Assembly (NCBI RefSeq): GCF_963921235.1
Contig: NC_086104.1
Span: 64,232,001-64,296,000, forward strand
Length of the DNA: 64,000 nt
DNA from: Mobula hypostoma
Lineage: Eukaryota
Direction of reading: 5' to 3'
The notes beneath the pieces were generated by a model that saw only the letters and a list, made by a program, of their open reading frames with translations, ran no database searches and had not been told where the DNA came from. Positions 13,660 through 26,086 of this stretch are shown here, in pieces. The position numbers and the translations under genes are program-made. The stretch's first letter is position 1, and each line of letters opens with the position of its first letter.

Positions 13660-14945
13660 AACAACAACTTTAATTGTGGACTTGTAAGGTCTCTATCAAG
13701 TGAGAGACACAATGGAGCACTCATCTCAAATTTGGAAATCCATAAAAATTCATTTTCATTTTACATCAGCTGCAGGATGCAAGTTCCCATTTTAACAAGT
13801 GGGTGTACATAGTCCCAATGTAAACTGGTTTCAAGCAAGTCTGAGTCATTGCCTCAGTGCTTTGTACAATATTTCATACAGAATCATCTCAAACATGACT
13901 CCACCTATAGGAGATCTAACTTGTTGGGCGATTAGGAAAAGTAAACCCATGATGCTCCTGTTCCAGAACAAGGACATCTCAACTTCAGTCTGAGCTGACT
14001 CGCTGACCTGCGACGAAACCCTGCTTCTGTGGCCACAAATGCTGCCAGATCTTTTGAATGCTTCCACCATTTTATTATACATTTCAACTATTGAACAATG
14101 ATGTGCACAAATTTGGAGGCTGAGATACGAGCCATTGTCAACTCATTCATGGAAGCTTACAATAGAATAGGTTATAAACTTAACATCAATAAGACAAATG
14201 TCCCTGACAACTGCTCTTGTACAGCAGCACCTTACAAGCTAAAGGTACACGATAAGATCCAGAAAAATGTACCCATCGTCCCCCTCATATCTCAAGAGAA
14301 ATCTCTCAGTGAAGGCAGTGACGAAATTCCCTATTACCTATACTGCTCTGGCACAGCACTTGGCCACCTGAAGAAAAGTGTGTTGGAAGATCAAGAACTC
14401 AAGCCGAGGAGAAAGCTCATAGTCTACCAGGTAACAACAATCCCTGCCCTTCTAAGCTCTTCTGAAAGCTAGGCAACCAACAGCAGACACCTCAAAGCAC
14501 TAGAAAGATACTATCAATACTACAACTGCAAAATGCTGCCAAAATAAACAGGAGAGGCAAACCAGTGTCAGTATCCTCTCCCAGAACAACATCCCCATCA
14601 TCAATGCTCTAACTACCTTCCTTGGGTACATGCTGAAAAATAAATACTCTGATCCAAGCGGCATCGCTGCAGAAGATTACTAGGTGGGCAAAATAAAAAG
14701 ATTCAAAGATATTCTCAAAATATCCTTGAAGAAATGTAATGACTTATGGCCAACCTATGGGTTAATGATGGTTCAAAAGGGAAAACAGCATTTCGGACAG
14801 CACAGAGAACCTTGAATCCTTGCAGTGGAAGCACCAGCTCATGCATTATAAGCAACAGACTATGTCCCACACCACAACCCCATCCAACCTCAGACCACAG
14901 CTCCCACATTCGCCTCATTAGTCACCTCATAACCCACGGAACTAA
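13660..14945 (+). mobile_element. Old RTE-clade LINE fragment
   Basis: LEAEIRAIVNSFMEAYNRIGYKLNINKTNV and C-terminal SHIRLISHLITH zinc-finger remnant. Confidence 0.7.
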
Positions 14946-15196
14946 AGGCCTAGGGAATGTTGCAGAAAATACTTCATACCCATACCACTTTGCATTACGA
15001 CAACCTGATTATCCCATTTCATGAGACCCTCTAAAAACAACAAAAGCCAAAGTCTATCAAATTACTCTGCATAGCATAAACAAGGCATGTATTTTATTTT
15101 AAACAGTACTAATTGTAAATAAGCTGATTAGGAACATATAGTATTTTTCATTCGTAAGAGAAAAATTCAAACTGTTAGCCTTCATGATGCACTTAC

Positions 15197-15261
15197 ATTC
15201 CAGTCTATAGTTGCAAAGAAACAATGCCGTTTTATCTCCTCAACACCATCAGGTCCAGCAC
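15197..15261 (-). CDS. rps6ka2: RSK3 exon (65 nt): (G)AGPDGVEEIKRHCFFATIDWN
   Basis: AAG/GTAAGT boundaries. Confidence 0.95.
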
Positions 15262-15989
15262 CTTAAAACCACATAAAAATACAAGCAAAAAAACAGTGCT
15301 TCTGAAAAGTCATTGTTTAATAAAGTGCAACATTCTGATCTATGCATCACACAAATTGGAATTTGTATCTTTGGGACGTAGAGTCATTGAATCATACAGC
15401 ACACACAGAGGCTCTTTCATTCACTTCTGCACCCACCATCAAACACCTAACCAGATCCTTCCATTTCCCAGTTCTCAATGTGTGGACTTCTATGCAAAGG
15501 CTTTCTCAAGTGTCACCTTGAATGTACTTCTTAAAGTATTGTGAGAATACTCCACTACGCTAATCTGACCACGCATTCCAAATTTCACCCACTCTAAATG
15601 TAATGTGGCTCAAATGAAAGCTAATATCACATTCACAATTATTTTACTTCATGCTATATGATGTCAAAATCAGTATTCTCTTTAGAGCATTGTTTTTTTA
15701 ATGAAATATAAAGCTGCATTCTAAGTTTAAATATCTTCTTCATAATAAAAATGGCATGCGTAAAATGATTAAAAGACAACAATATAAGACTAACAAAATT
15801 AGACATGAGTTTCTCATTTTATTGTTCAGATCTCAATTTGATTTTAAGAAGAAGATTGTAAGATCAAATAATTTCCCATCTTTAGAAAGTGATTTTATGC
15901 TCTATCACTTTTGTTAATATAATGTTCTTTCTTTACCTGATAACTATTTTTATTTCTTTGGAAACATTGAGAAGAAAAAGCTGAAGAAA

Positions 15990-17587
15990 AGATACTTAAA
16001 ATAATTCAAGAAAGATGAGGCCAGGAGCAATTGGGATAAAAGGCAAAATATGTGCCTGGCGTCAGATGAGGTAGGAGAGGTCCTTAATGAATACTTTGTT
16101 TCGGTATTCACCAATGAGAAGGACCTTGACAAACATGAGGTCAGTGTAAAACAGGCTAATATGCTGGAACATGTTCAGGTTAAGAAAGAGGATATGTTGG
16201 AACTTTTCAAAAACACTAGGGTAGATAAGTTCCCAGGGTTGGATGGGATATATCCCAGATGACTACAGGAGGAGAGGGAGGAGATTGTTGCATAATTGGC
16301 AATGATCTTTGCATCCTCACTGGCCATGGAGGTTGTGTCAGAACATTGGAGGATTGCAAATGTTATTCCTTTGTTCAAGAAAGGAAATAATGGGAATTAT
16401 AGACCAGTGAGTCTTACATCAGTGGTTGGCAAACTATTGGAGAGGATTCTTAGTGACAGGATTTTAAAGCGTTTGGAGAAGCATAGTCAGATTAGGGATA
16501 GTCAGCATGGCTTTGTGAGGGACAGGTCATGCTTCATGAACCTGATAAATAAAGTTCTTGAGGAAGTGACAAAACAAGTTGATGAAGGTAAAACAGTGGA
16601 TATGGTGTATTGTATTTTAATATGGCATTTGCAAGGTTCCCCAAGGTAGACTCATTAAGAAACTCTGAAGCAAGAGATTCATGGAAAGTTTGCCATGCGG
16701 ATTTGGAATTGCCTTGCCCACAGAAGGCAGAGGATGGTAGTAAATTGAGAATATTCATCCTGGAGGTCCATGACTAGGAATGTTCCAAGGGATCCATTCT
16801 AGGACTTTGCTCTTTGTGATTTTTATAAATGACTTGGATGAGGAAAGGAAAGGGCTAGTACATTTGCAGATGGCATAAAGGTTGTTGGTGTTGCAGATAT
16901 TGTAGAAGATTGTCGTAGATTACAATAGGACATTGACAGAATACAAAGCTGGGCTGAGAAGTGGCAGGTAGAGTTACATCCAGTGATATACTTAGAAAGG
17001 TCGAACTTGAAGGTTGGTTTAATGGCAAGATTCTTAGCGGTGAGGGGGAACAGAGGAACCTTGAGGTACAAGTCCATAAATCCATCAAAGATGCTGTGCA
17101 AGTCGATCAGGTGGTTAAGAAGGTTTATAGTATGTTGGCTTTCATTAGTTTAGGGATTGAGTTCAAGAGCCATGAGGTAATGTTGCAGCTCTATAATATT
17201 CCAGTTGAACCAGTCTTGGAATATTGTCTTCAGTCCTAGGCACCTCATTAAAAGAAGGATGTGGACAGTCATTGCATTCTTCCCCGGGAGGTAATAGCTA
17301 ATATGAGGACATACTTTTGAGGTGTTTGAAGGAAAGTGGAGGGTGGGATATCAGAGGCAAGTTTTTAAAACTCAGAGTGTTAAGTACATCTGAATGCACC
17401 ACCAGGGGTAGTGCTAGGGGTAGGTGCATTTGAGACATTTAAGAGACTCTTAGGCACATGGATGAAAGAAATATAGAGGGCTATGTGTGAGGGAAAGGTT
17501 AGATTAATCTTGGAATGGGTTAAAAGGTCAGAATAACATCCTGAGTAGAAGACTCTGCACTGTGCTGTTCTTTCCTATGTTCTGTGT
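15990..17587 (+). mobile_element. CR1 LINE fragment (RT to 3' end)
   Basis: KFPGLDGIYPR, WRIANVIPLFKKG..NYRPVSLTSVVGKLLE, SQHGFV; ttcctatgttctgtg tail. Confidence 0.88.
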
Positions 17588-17936
17588 TTTTTAAATTTCC
17601 TTAACCAATGAAACTGATCATTTCAAAATGTATGCTCATTTACAAAAGAGAATAAAATAATGACAGATAAATCAGTTTCCTTTATCTTAATTCCATTAGA
17701 AAAATCTTTCAATGGCAAGAGCTATGAATCACAACTAAATGGAAATATACTAATTAACTTCTTTCACAGACCCCAAATGTGTCAGCTGTTCTCTGCTTTG
17801 ATGTCTATGAATAAATTAGCAATGCTCTTTGGTAAAGTGTACAAATTAATATCATATAATTAAGAATGGTTAATTTCCTGATCTACACTTCCAGTTGGTC
17901 TTGCAATTTTACAGGGACAATATAAACCATATCTAC

Positions 17937-18025
17937 CTAGTCTGTTACAAGGATTCCGCTTGAAAAGTGCTCGTAAAAGGCTTTGGGCTTCTGGGCTTAA
18001 GAATTGTGGCATTCCCAGTTTTGCT
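17937..18025 (-). CDS. rps6ka2: RSK3 exon (89 nt): [29 protein letters not shown](G)
   Basis: Visible in ORF 17860..18060; TAG/GTAGAT boundaries. Confidence 0.96.
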
Positions 18026-19225
18026 CTAGAAAACAAACATGACAAATATCTCTCAGTCATTAAAGCAAACAGAATTATTTTAAAACAGTTTGGGGAAATG
18101 TATTTCCTTTCTCCTCTGACTTCCCTCTTATTCCTTATCTTTCAATTCCTCTCCTGATAACAATCTTGCCCAAAGGATGGACCCCGGTGATACTTTGGTT
18201 AAACAATCATTTGGGAACTGAGGACCAAGAGAGATAATGACAGGAACCTGATGAGTCACAGTTGTCAATCCAACTGATAATATCCTCTGCATACTTGCGT
18301 AAGCACTCTCCAGGAGACGTTACAAGTTGGCAGTTAGGAACAAGTATTCTGACCGACTCTCTTCTTAGGCCGAGAACATTAAATGGAATTGTTATATCTA
18401 TACCCAGGCCAAAGTCAGCTGTCTGAATTTAGGTCACAGTTTAAATTTGGAACATCCCAGGTTTATGCTGCTTTATAATTTTTTGCCTATCCAACCAAAG
18501 TCATACAGAATTTTACTAACTGTCATTCACTTTGTACCTCATAATGCAGCATGCTTTATTTGCCTTAGAAGCAATCTTAGATTATACTTTTATGTAATAA
18601 ATAATGTCTGAGAACCTTTGGAATAAACAATAAGATATATGAAAAATTCTAAACAGATTCTAGAGAAGGAAGTAAACTGATCAGTTACAGTGTTTATTAA
18701 TAGAGCCTGATTTTTTTACCTTTGTATGGCATAAATACAGAAATGGGAGCTCTTTAAATCGTTTTTATTATACTGCCACATTTAAGTGAACAAGCCCTTG
18801 TTTGATCATGGAAGTGCCCAATCTTCACTTAATATTTCTTTTCAAAATAGATCTGAGGACAGAATTTGCTTTTTCAGATATTTGGGGAACTCTTTCACGA
18901 CCTTGAAAACTGGCTGCTCGCTCCTCTGCCATGCTGTCTGGTCCAGTGTGGTTCTGACACAGTATTTTACTGGGAGCCCATTCCCAGCACATCGGTGTGG
19001 CACGGTTCGCTCAGCACAAACAGGCTGCTGCAATCATATAATAGCTTTGACAGTTAGTAGTGCTCTGTAGTAGGTGACCTAACCTTGTAAGCTGGGAAGC
19101 ATGTGAAAGTCTGCAGCTACTTTAGACCAACTCCAGAGTGGGAAAATAAGAGCTTTTGTGAGGAATACCAGGCAAGACAAGATGGAATTGATGATATCAG
19201 AGCAAAAGATCTAATAATGCAGTGA

Positions 19226-19465
19226 CACACATCAAAGTTGCTGGTGAACGCAGCAGGCCAGGCAGCATCTCTAGGAAGAGGTACAGTCGATGGTTCAGGC
19301 CAAGACCCTTCGTCAGGACTGTTAGGACAGTCCTGACGAAGGGTCTCGGCCTGAAACGTCGACTGTACCTCTTCCTAGAGATGCTGCCTGGCCTGCTGCA
19401 TTCACCAGCAACTTTGATATGTGTTGCTTGAATTTCCAGCATCTGCAGAATTCCTGTTGTTTTCG
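19226..19465. mobile_element. Miniature fold-back Penelope-derived element (two inverted pseudo-LTR/hammerhead arms)
   Basis: 97-nt arms 19226-19322 and 19327-19423 with 5 mismatches and a 4-nt loop; perfect 15-bp TSD ctaataatgcagtga at 19211-19225 and 19466-19480. Confidence 0.88.
19327..19366 (+). ncRNA. Minimal type I hammerhead ribozyme motif
   Basis: ACAGTC-CTGACGA-agggtctcggcct-GAAACGTC-GACTGT: helix I ACAGTC/GACTGT, both core boxes present, palindromic ACGT in place of helix III. Confidence 0.8.
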
Positions 19466-19847
19466 CTAATAATGCAGTGAGTTGCTTTGGTACGAAGAGT
19501 AATGGAGCAAAAGTGCCCGACAGATATCCCTACTACTATATCCTAGACTGAGAATGGCTTTGAGTAGTAGGGCAAATAGAAAAGTGTGTTTCAGTACATA
19601 CATTTAGACATGCAGAGACATGGGGAAGTAAGCCACATGATCCAACCCCATTAAGCACTTAGGTTACTGCAATTGTACGGTATAACTCAGTTAAAAGCAG
19701 CAGCTTCTCATTATACATGAAAAATAGGATATTGGTTCAGATATAATCGCTTGTGCTTTTCCTTTCTTCCAAAGCATCAGGAGTTATTCTTCATCGTGCA
19801 CGGAGGCTAACCAGACAAAGCAGTGATGATTCTCACACAAAACTTAC

Positions 19848-19918
19848 TTGAGGATAAGTGCCATGGTTTCCTTTCTGTCCTTTCCTTGAAAAGGCAATGA
19901 CCCCGTCAACATTTCAAA
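19848..19918 (-). CDS. rps6ka2: RSK3 exon (71 nt): FEMLTGSLPFQGKDRKETMALIL(K)
   Basis: TAG/GTAAGT boundaries. Confidence 0.96.
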
Positions 19919-20099
19919 CTAGGCAATAAGGTTAAAACAGGTACGTTAGAGACATCACCAATGTTCAAATAGCTCTGCCAACATGATCTGCATGCTTCAT
20001 TTGGCTGTTCAAATCAGTCACCCAATCAGTAACAAAGTGAAGATATTTACCAAACAAATAACCTGTTGGACTTTCATAAATATGGTTTGTACGTGAAAA

Positions 20100-20117
20100 T
20101 CTCTCTCTCTCTCTCTC
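20100..20117. repeat. (CT)n microsatellite
   Basis: tctctctctctctctctc. Confidence 0.9.
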
Positions 20118-20429
20118 AATAATTGTTGGGTTGAATAGGGACAATACTAATGGAAAAGATAGCTTATTAAACAGGCTCTATGGTGATTATGGAAAATCAT
20201 GAACAAAGCTGTATAGTGTGCTAGTCCGAAATTAGCTTCTGCAGAAAGATTCTGTGATTTCATAGACAAAAGGCTTTTGTTTGGTTTCAAATTGATACAA
20301 ACATGGAAAGTTGCCAGTTTTTAAGCCTCAGGTCTGTCTTGAGCACAAGGATCTCATATTATGTCATTATAATATACTTACTCATTTATCATTTCACAGG
20401 TATTTAATGTTCTTTTACTAAGCTATCTT

Positions 20430-21250
20430 ACAGGGCAAGACGTGGTGAAAAAAACATTCTAATACGAAAAATGAGGTAGTGGTCAGGGGTTCATAGACTG
20501 TTCGGAAATCCGAGAGCGGAGGGAATGGAGCTGAGCCTGTGTCTTCATGTTCCTGTCTCTCCTCCCCTTCCCAGATTACTGTAATAAGAAAAAGGCATGT
20601 CTTAGATGGTGAGGGTCTTTAATGATGGATGCTGCATCTTTTAAATATGACCTCAATGGTGGAGAGGCTTGTGCCAATGAAGGAGCAGCTGAGTGTACAA
20701 CCCTTAGGTCATAATGCTTTCTACGGTGCTTCTGCAGAAATTTCTCATCTTTGGTGATCCCTTTTCACTCCTAATGAAGTATAGCTGCTGGATGCCTTCT
20801 TCATATCGCATCAGTATGCTGTGTGCAGGATAGATCCTCTCAGATCAGGAACTTGAACTGCTCACCCTTACCCCTGCTGACCGCTCAGTGAGTGTTCTCC
20901 CAAACACCCCTTCCCCAATTCCACAACCAATCCCTTGGTCTTGCTGACGCTGAGTCAAGGTTGTTGTAGCAGAACTACTCAGTTATCTGATCTATCTCAC
21001 TCCTATACACATCCTCATTGCCATCTGAGATTCTGCCAACAACGGTAGTGTCATCAGCGAATTTATAGATGGTGTTTGAGCTGTCCCTAGCCATGTAGTG
21101 ATGAGTGTAGCCGAGACACATAGTGATGAGTGCAGAAAGAGTAGAGCAGTGGTTAAGCACACATCCTTTAGATGTCCTGTGTTGCTGGTCAATGAGGAGA
21201 AGTTGTTATTACTGAACTGCACTGACATGTGATCTCCCGATGAGGAAGAA
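20430..21250 (-). mobile_element. Decayed Rex1/Babar-like LINE fragment
   Basis: SSNTIYKFADDTTVVGRISDGNE in ORF 20975..21160. Confidence 0.8.
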
Positions 21251-22944
21251 TTTGCTATCCTTACACTGACAGCCCTCAAATTAATGGTTTCTACAACACC
21301 TGGACAAAGAGGTGCAAAAAGACAAATGTAAAAGAAATAACAAAATATTGAGATAAAGGAAATGAAAAGGATTGGATTTACTAATGTAAAATAATGAAGT
21401 GGATACTATGGTAAATCTGATAAGAACATATTTTCTTCATTCAAAACTTACAATGCATTAATTGTGTGGAGACACATTAAAACTGGCTAAGAAAAGAACA
21501 TATATCCAAATAATCAACCCATACTTTTGCAGCCACAACAAATTTATCCTCTTTCTTTCCTTCTAGGTTTAACAGATTCTTTTTAAGACTGGGTGGCTGG
21601 TAATCTCAAGCATCACTGGAAATTTCTATCCAATGAACTTTGCAGCTCTATATAATGGACTATTGTTCAGGTTTCAGTTATATTTCAAACAATTATTTTC
21701 AAATTGCTCCCTTGAAACAATTGCACCTTGTTTTTCCATGTGCATTTCCCTAATCCGTCATTTGGAAACAGTTTAAATTGGCCATGTACTAAAATCATTC
21801 CAAAATAAACTGCTAGATTAAAAACTAAAATATGCCATTCTAGTGAATGTTAAGAATCACATATTTAGTTTGCCAAGAATATTTAATGTTTGGATAAGCA
21901 TTTCCAAGGTCTGCTGGGAAGAAAGAAAATAATACTCAGCATGTCAGTGGTTATATCTTAGCTGTTTAATAATTTGTAGTGAGGATGAATCAAGATAATA
22001 GACAATATAGTTCAGATGACTGTTGACAGTGTATGAATAGTGGCAGATGTGTCCTGGATTAATGAAGAATATATCACTACACACAGTCAACTAGTAGCAT
22101 TTACTACCTTGCTGAGCATGGTGCAGTGCTCCAAGATACGGAGAGAATATTCGGTCAAAAGTTTTATTTTACTTCTATGACAGTTTGTTCTTAAATGTTC
22201 AAGGTTAGATTCTGATGTTCCCTTCCTTAAAAAGATTTATCTATTAATTCACTAAATTCCATAATACACTATCTGCTAAAACTAACAACACTGCAACTAA
22301 AAATAAAGTGTTACAAACAATAATGAAAAAGATATATTCTGCCTACTCTCTGCCATTCATTAAATGTTAATGTTTTTCATGCAGCATGAAAATAAAACTG
22401 CAGGCACTGTCATTTGACCTCATGTTGTATAATATCTCTGCAACCGAGTACATGTCAGCTGAAAATGATGCTGATTTCTGACACTGTTCACAGCTCTGTT
22501 AGACAAGAATCAAACCACAGGCTTGGTGAGTGGGCAGTACACAGCTTGCTTCCCAAAGCTGAGCTTTGAAGCATGAATATTAAACATGTAGACTCATTGG
22601 TAATGAGTATACTGCATGGATTTTAAAATAAATTAAAATTGAAATTCTATATATTTTCTATTCAACATAATACACATTTCCTCCAAGTCACCAGGACACA
22701 TTCATTTTCCACAGAGGTTTTAATGAGAATGTGCTAAACACCAAGAGGGGCTGAGTTAAAAACAGACAATTTAAAGAACTGTGGTCACTACTTTTGCACA
22801 TAGATGACTTGCAGACTATTTTGGAGGGCAACATAATGACAGCGATACATCAAACAGGAGCTTAAGCCTCAATCCTAAAATGGTACTCTAACATAAATCT
22901 TGATTTGCTAAGATACCATATTCGCAGTCCTTTAATTTCAGTAA

Positions 22945-23613
22945 TGTGAATGTGGACAAATTTGTGGATGATACAAAGGTTCTTGGAGGGGCAGGTAGTG
23001 TTGAGAAAGCAGAGAGTCTGCAGAAGGACTTGGACAGATTAGGAGAATGGGAAAGAAGTGGCAGATGGAATGGGAAGTTTATGGTGATGCACTTTGGTGT
23101 AAGGAATAAAGATGTGCTGGAAGTGGAGAGGGTCCAGAGAAGATTCATAAGAATGATGCTGGGATGAAAGGTTTAATGCACAAGGAGCACATCATGGCTC
23201 TGGGCCTGTACTCACTAGAGTTTAGGGGAAATCTCATTGAAACCTACTGAGTATTCAAAAGCCTAGGCATGGTGTATGTGTAGAGGATGTTTCTCATGGT
23301 GGGGGAGTCTAGAAAAAGAGGGTACAGTTTTAGAATAGAGGGGTGTTCTTTTAGAAGGAATAAGGAGGAATTCCATCAGCCAAAGCATGTGAATATGTAG
23401 AATTCACTGCCACAGATGGCTGTTGAGGCCAAGTGATTGGATATATTTAATGCAGTGGTTAATAGTTTCTTGATTAGTAATGGTGTCAAAGGTTATATGG
23501 AGTAGGCAGAAGAATTGTATTGAGAGGGATAATAAATCAGCCATGATTGATTAGCAGAGCAGACTCAATAATCCAAATGGTTTAATTCTGCTCTGATATC
23601 ACATGGTCTTATG
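22945..23613 (+). mobile_element. CR1 3' fragment with internal deletion
   Basis: KFVDDTKVLGG...LERVQRRF-like peptide; atggtcttatgg tail. Confidence 0.82.
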
Positions 23614-24439
23614 GAATACACTGGACTGCAGTATAATGAAGGCATAATAGCTGATTCTGGACAAAGGCTGCTGATAGGTCTAATGACAGATTTGTTGATT
23701 CACACTATCTCTGAACAGTGATTAAATGCAAATATTCCTGTTTATACAAGGCAGAATTAAAATGAGAAGCACTGATTTTCACGAATGACTGATCCTTGAT
23801 AATGAAACAATCCATATTCACTCACACCAAGAGTTGTACACTGAAAAGTGAGGGAAAACGTTCTCACCACTCTATTGCCAGCTTCCAACAAGAGAGCACT
23901 TAGTCTTCCTTTTAAGAGGCCACCCCTTCAAATTTTTCTTGACCAAATCAAACGTGGTCCCAAAAAAATGCCCCAATTAATTCAAGCACGAAATCTTACT
24001 CGTAAACCAGAATCCACTTGCAAAACAGACCAACATACATTTGATTTGCCTTTCTAATTACTTGCTGTATCTTCATGTTAACTTGTAGAATTTCTTGAAC
24101 CAGCACACTGGAAAGTCATGGTATACAAACATTTACCAATTCAAAACTAATCAAATTATGTTGACCAAGAACTTAGTTGGCATTGTTAAGCAGTCACTAT
24201 GCAGTAGGCCAACTAATAATTTGCAGTCAATACCACGAGTAGGAAGTTCAACTTAAGCTACAAATGTTTCTTAAATGGGATGATGGTGTCTGGAACAGGT
24301 GGTGACAGTTGAGGAAAGTTCACTTAATTGGGAAACATTGAAGGATAGCTGAGAATGGGATACAGTGCCACCACAGGTCTTGGATAAAAAGATGCCATAA
24401 GGTCTTTCAGGAAAATACCAAGAAGTGCACGATTGAGTC

Positions 24440-25066
24440 AGGCTTATTATCACGAACATATGTCATGAAATTTGCTGTTCTGAGGCAGCAGTACATGGCG
24501 GTACATACAAAAATGCTATAAGTTGGAATAAGAAATTTTTTAAATAAATGAAGTAAGAGAGCACAATAGTTTTCATGGATCATTCAAGTACTTGATGGCA
24601 GAGGGGAAGAAGCTGGTCCTAAAATGATGAGTGTGTGGCTTCAGGCTCCAGTACCACCTCGCTGATGGCAGTAATGAGAAGAAGGTGTGTCCTGGATGGT
24701 GAGATGCCACCTTCTTGAGGCTTCACCTTTTGAAGACCAGCTCGATAGTGGGAGGTAGGTGCCATGGCTGAGCCGGAAGCATTGACCGATCCTGTGCATT
24801 GGAGCCTCCATACCAGACAGTGACACAAACAGATAGAATCCTTTCCCCCGTACACTTGTGAAATGTCTTTGGTGACATAACAAGTCTCCTCAAACTTCCA
24901 ATGAAATATAGCCACTGGTGTGCCTTCTTCGGAATTACATCAATATGGGTTCCAGGATAGGTCTTCAGAGATGATGATGCCCAGTAACTTGAAGCTATTC
25001 ACTCTTTCTACTGCTAAACCATTGATGATGACCAGTGTAAATTCTTCTGACTTTCTCTTCATGAAG
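24440..25066 (-). mobile_element. Rex1/Babar-like LINE 3' fragment
   Basis: VERVNSFKLLGIIISEDLSW; 3' UTR similar to 5890-5945. Confidence 0.72.
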
Positions 25067-26086
25067 TCATAAGAACATAAGAAATAGGAACAGGAGTAGG
25101 CCATCCGGCCCATCGAGCCTGCCCTGCCATTCAATAAGATCATGGCTAATCTATCTGTAAACATAGCTCCACCTACCTGCCTTTTCCCCATAACCCTTAA
25201 TTCTCCTACTATGTAAAAATCTATCTAACTGTATCTTAACTATATTTAGTGAGGAAGCCTCAACTGCTTCCCTGGGCAAAGAATTCCACAGATTCACCAC
25301 TCTCTGGGAAAAACAGTTTCTCCTCATCTCCATCCTAAATCTTCTCCCCTGAATCTTGAGGCAATGTCTCCTAATTCTAGTCTCACCTACCAATGGAAAC
25401 AACTTTCCTACTTTTATTTTATCTATCCCTTTCAAAATTTTGTATGTTTCTATAAGATCCCCTCTCATTCTTCAGAATTCCAGAGAGTATAGTCCCAGGC
25501 AACTCAATCTCTCCTCATAGGTTAACCCCTTCATCCCTGGAATCAACCTGGTGAACCTCCTCTGCACTGCCTCCAAAGCCAGTATATCCTTCCTCAAGTA
25601 TGAAGACCAGAACTGCATGCAGTACTCCATGTGTGACCTCACCAGTACACTGTATAGTTGCAGCATGACCTCCCTGCTCTTCAATTCAATCCCTCTAGCA
25701 ATGAAGGCCAACATTTCGTTTGCCTTCTCAATAACCTGTTGTACCTGCAAGCCAACTTTTTACGATTCATGAACAAGCACTCCCAAGTCCCTCTGCACAA
25801 CAGCATGCTGCAGTCTTTCACCACTTAAATAATAATCTGCTCTTCTATTATTCCTTCCAAAGTGGATGATCTCGCATTTACCAACGTTGTATTCCATCTG
25901 CCAGACCTTGGCCCACTCACTTAACCTATCTATATCCTTCTGCAGACTCTCCACATCCTCTGTACAGTTTGCTTTTCCACTCAGTTTAGTTTCATCAGCA
26001 AATTTTGCTAAGCTACACTCAGTCCCCTCTTCCAAATCATCAATGTATATGGTAAACAGCTACGGGCCCAACACCAACCCCTGCGG
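25067..26086 (-). mobile_element. Relatively young CR1 3' fragment
   Basis: ORFs 25760..26035 (KFADETKL), 25472..25750 and 25151..25468; (TTCTTATG) tail. Confidence 0.9.

Noticed and set aside
18880-19070. GC-richer unique patch with several overlapping short ORFs
   Set aside because: No recognisable protein motif or convincing splice sites; a regulatory role cannot be shown from sequence alone.
19197-19442. Mirror-image ORFs on both strands
   Set aside because: A by-product of the inverted repeat, not protein-coding evidence.
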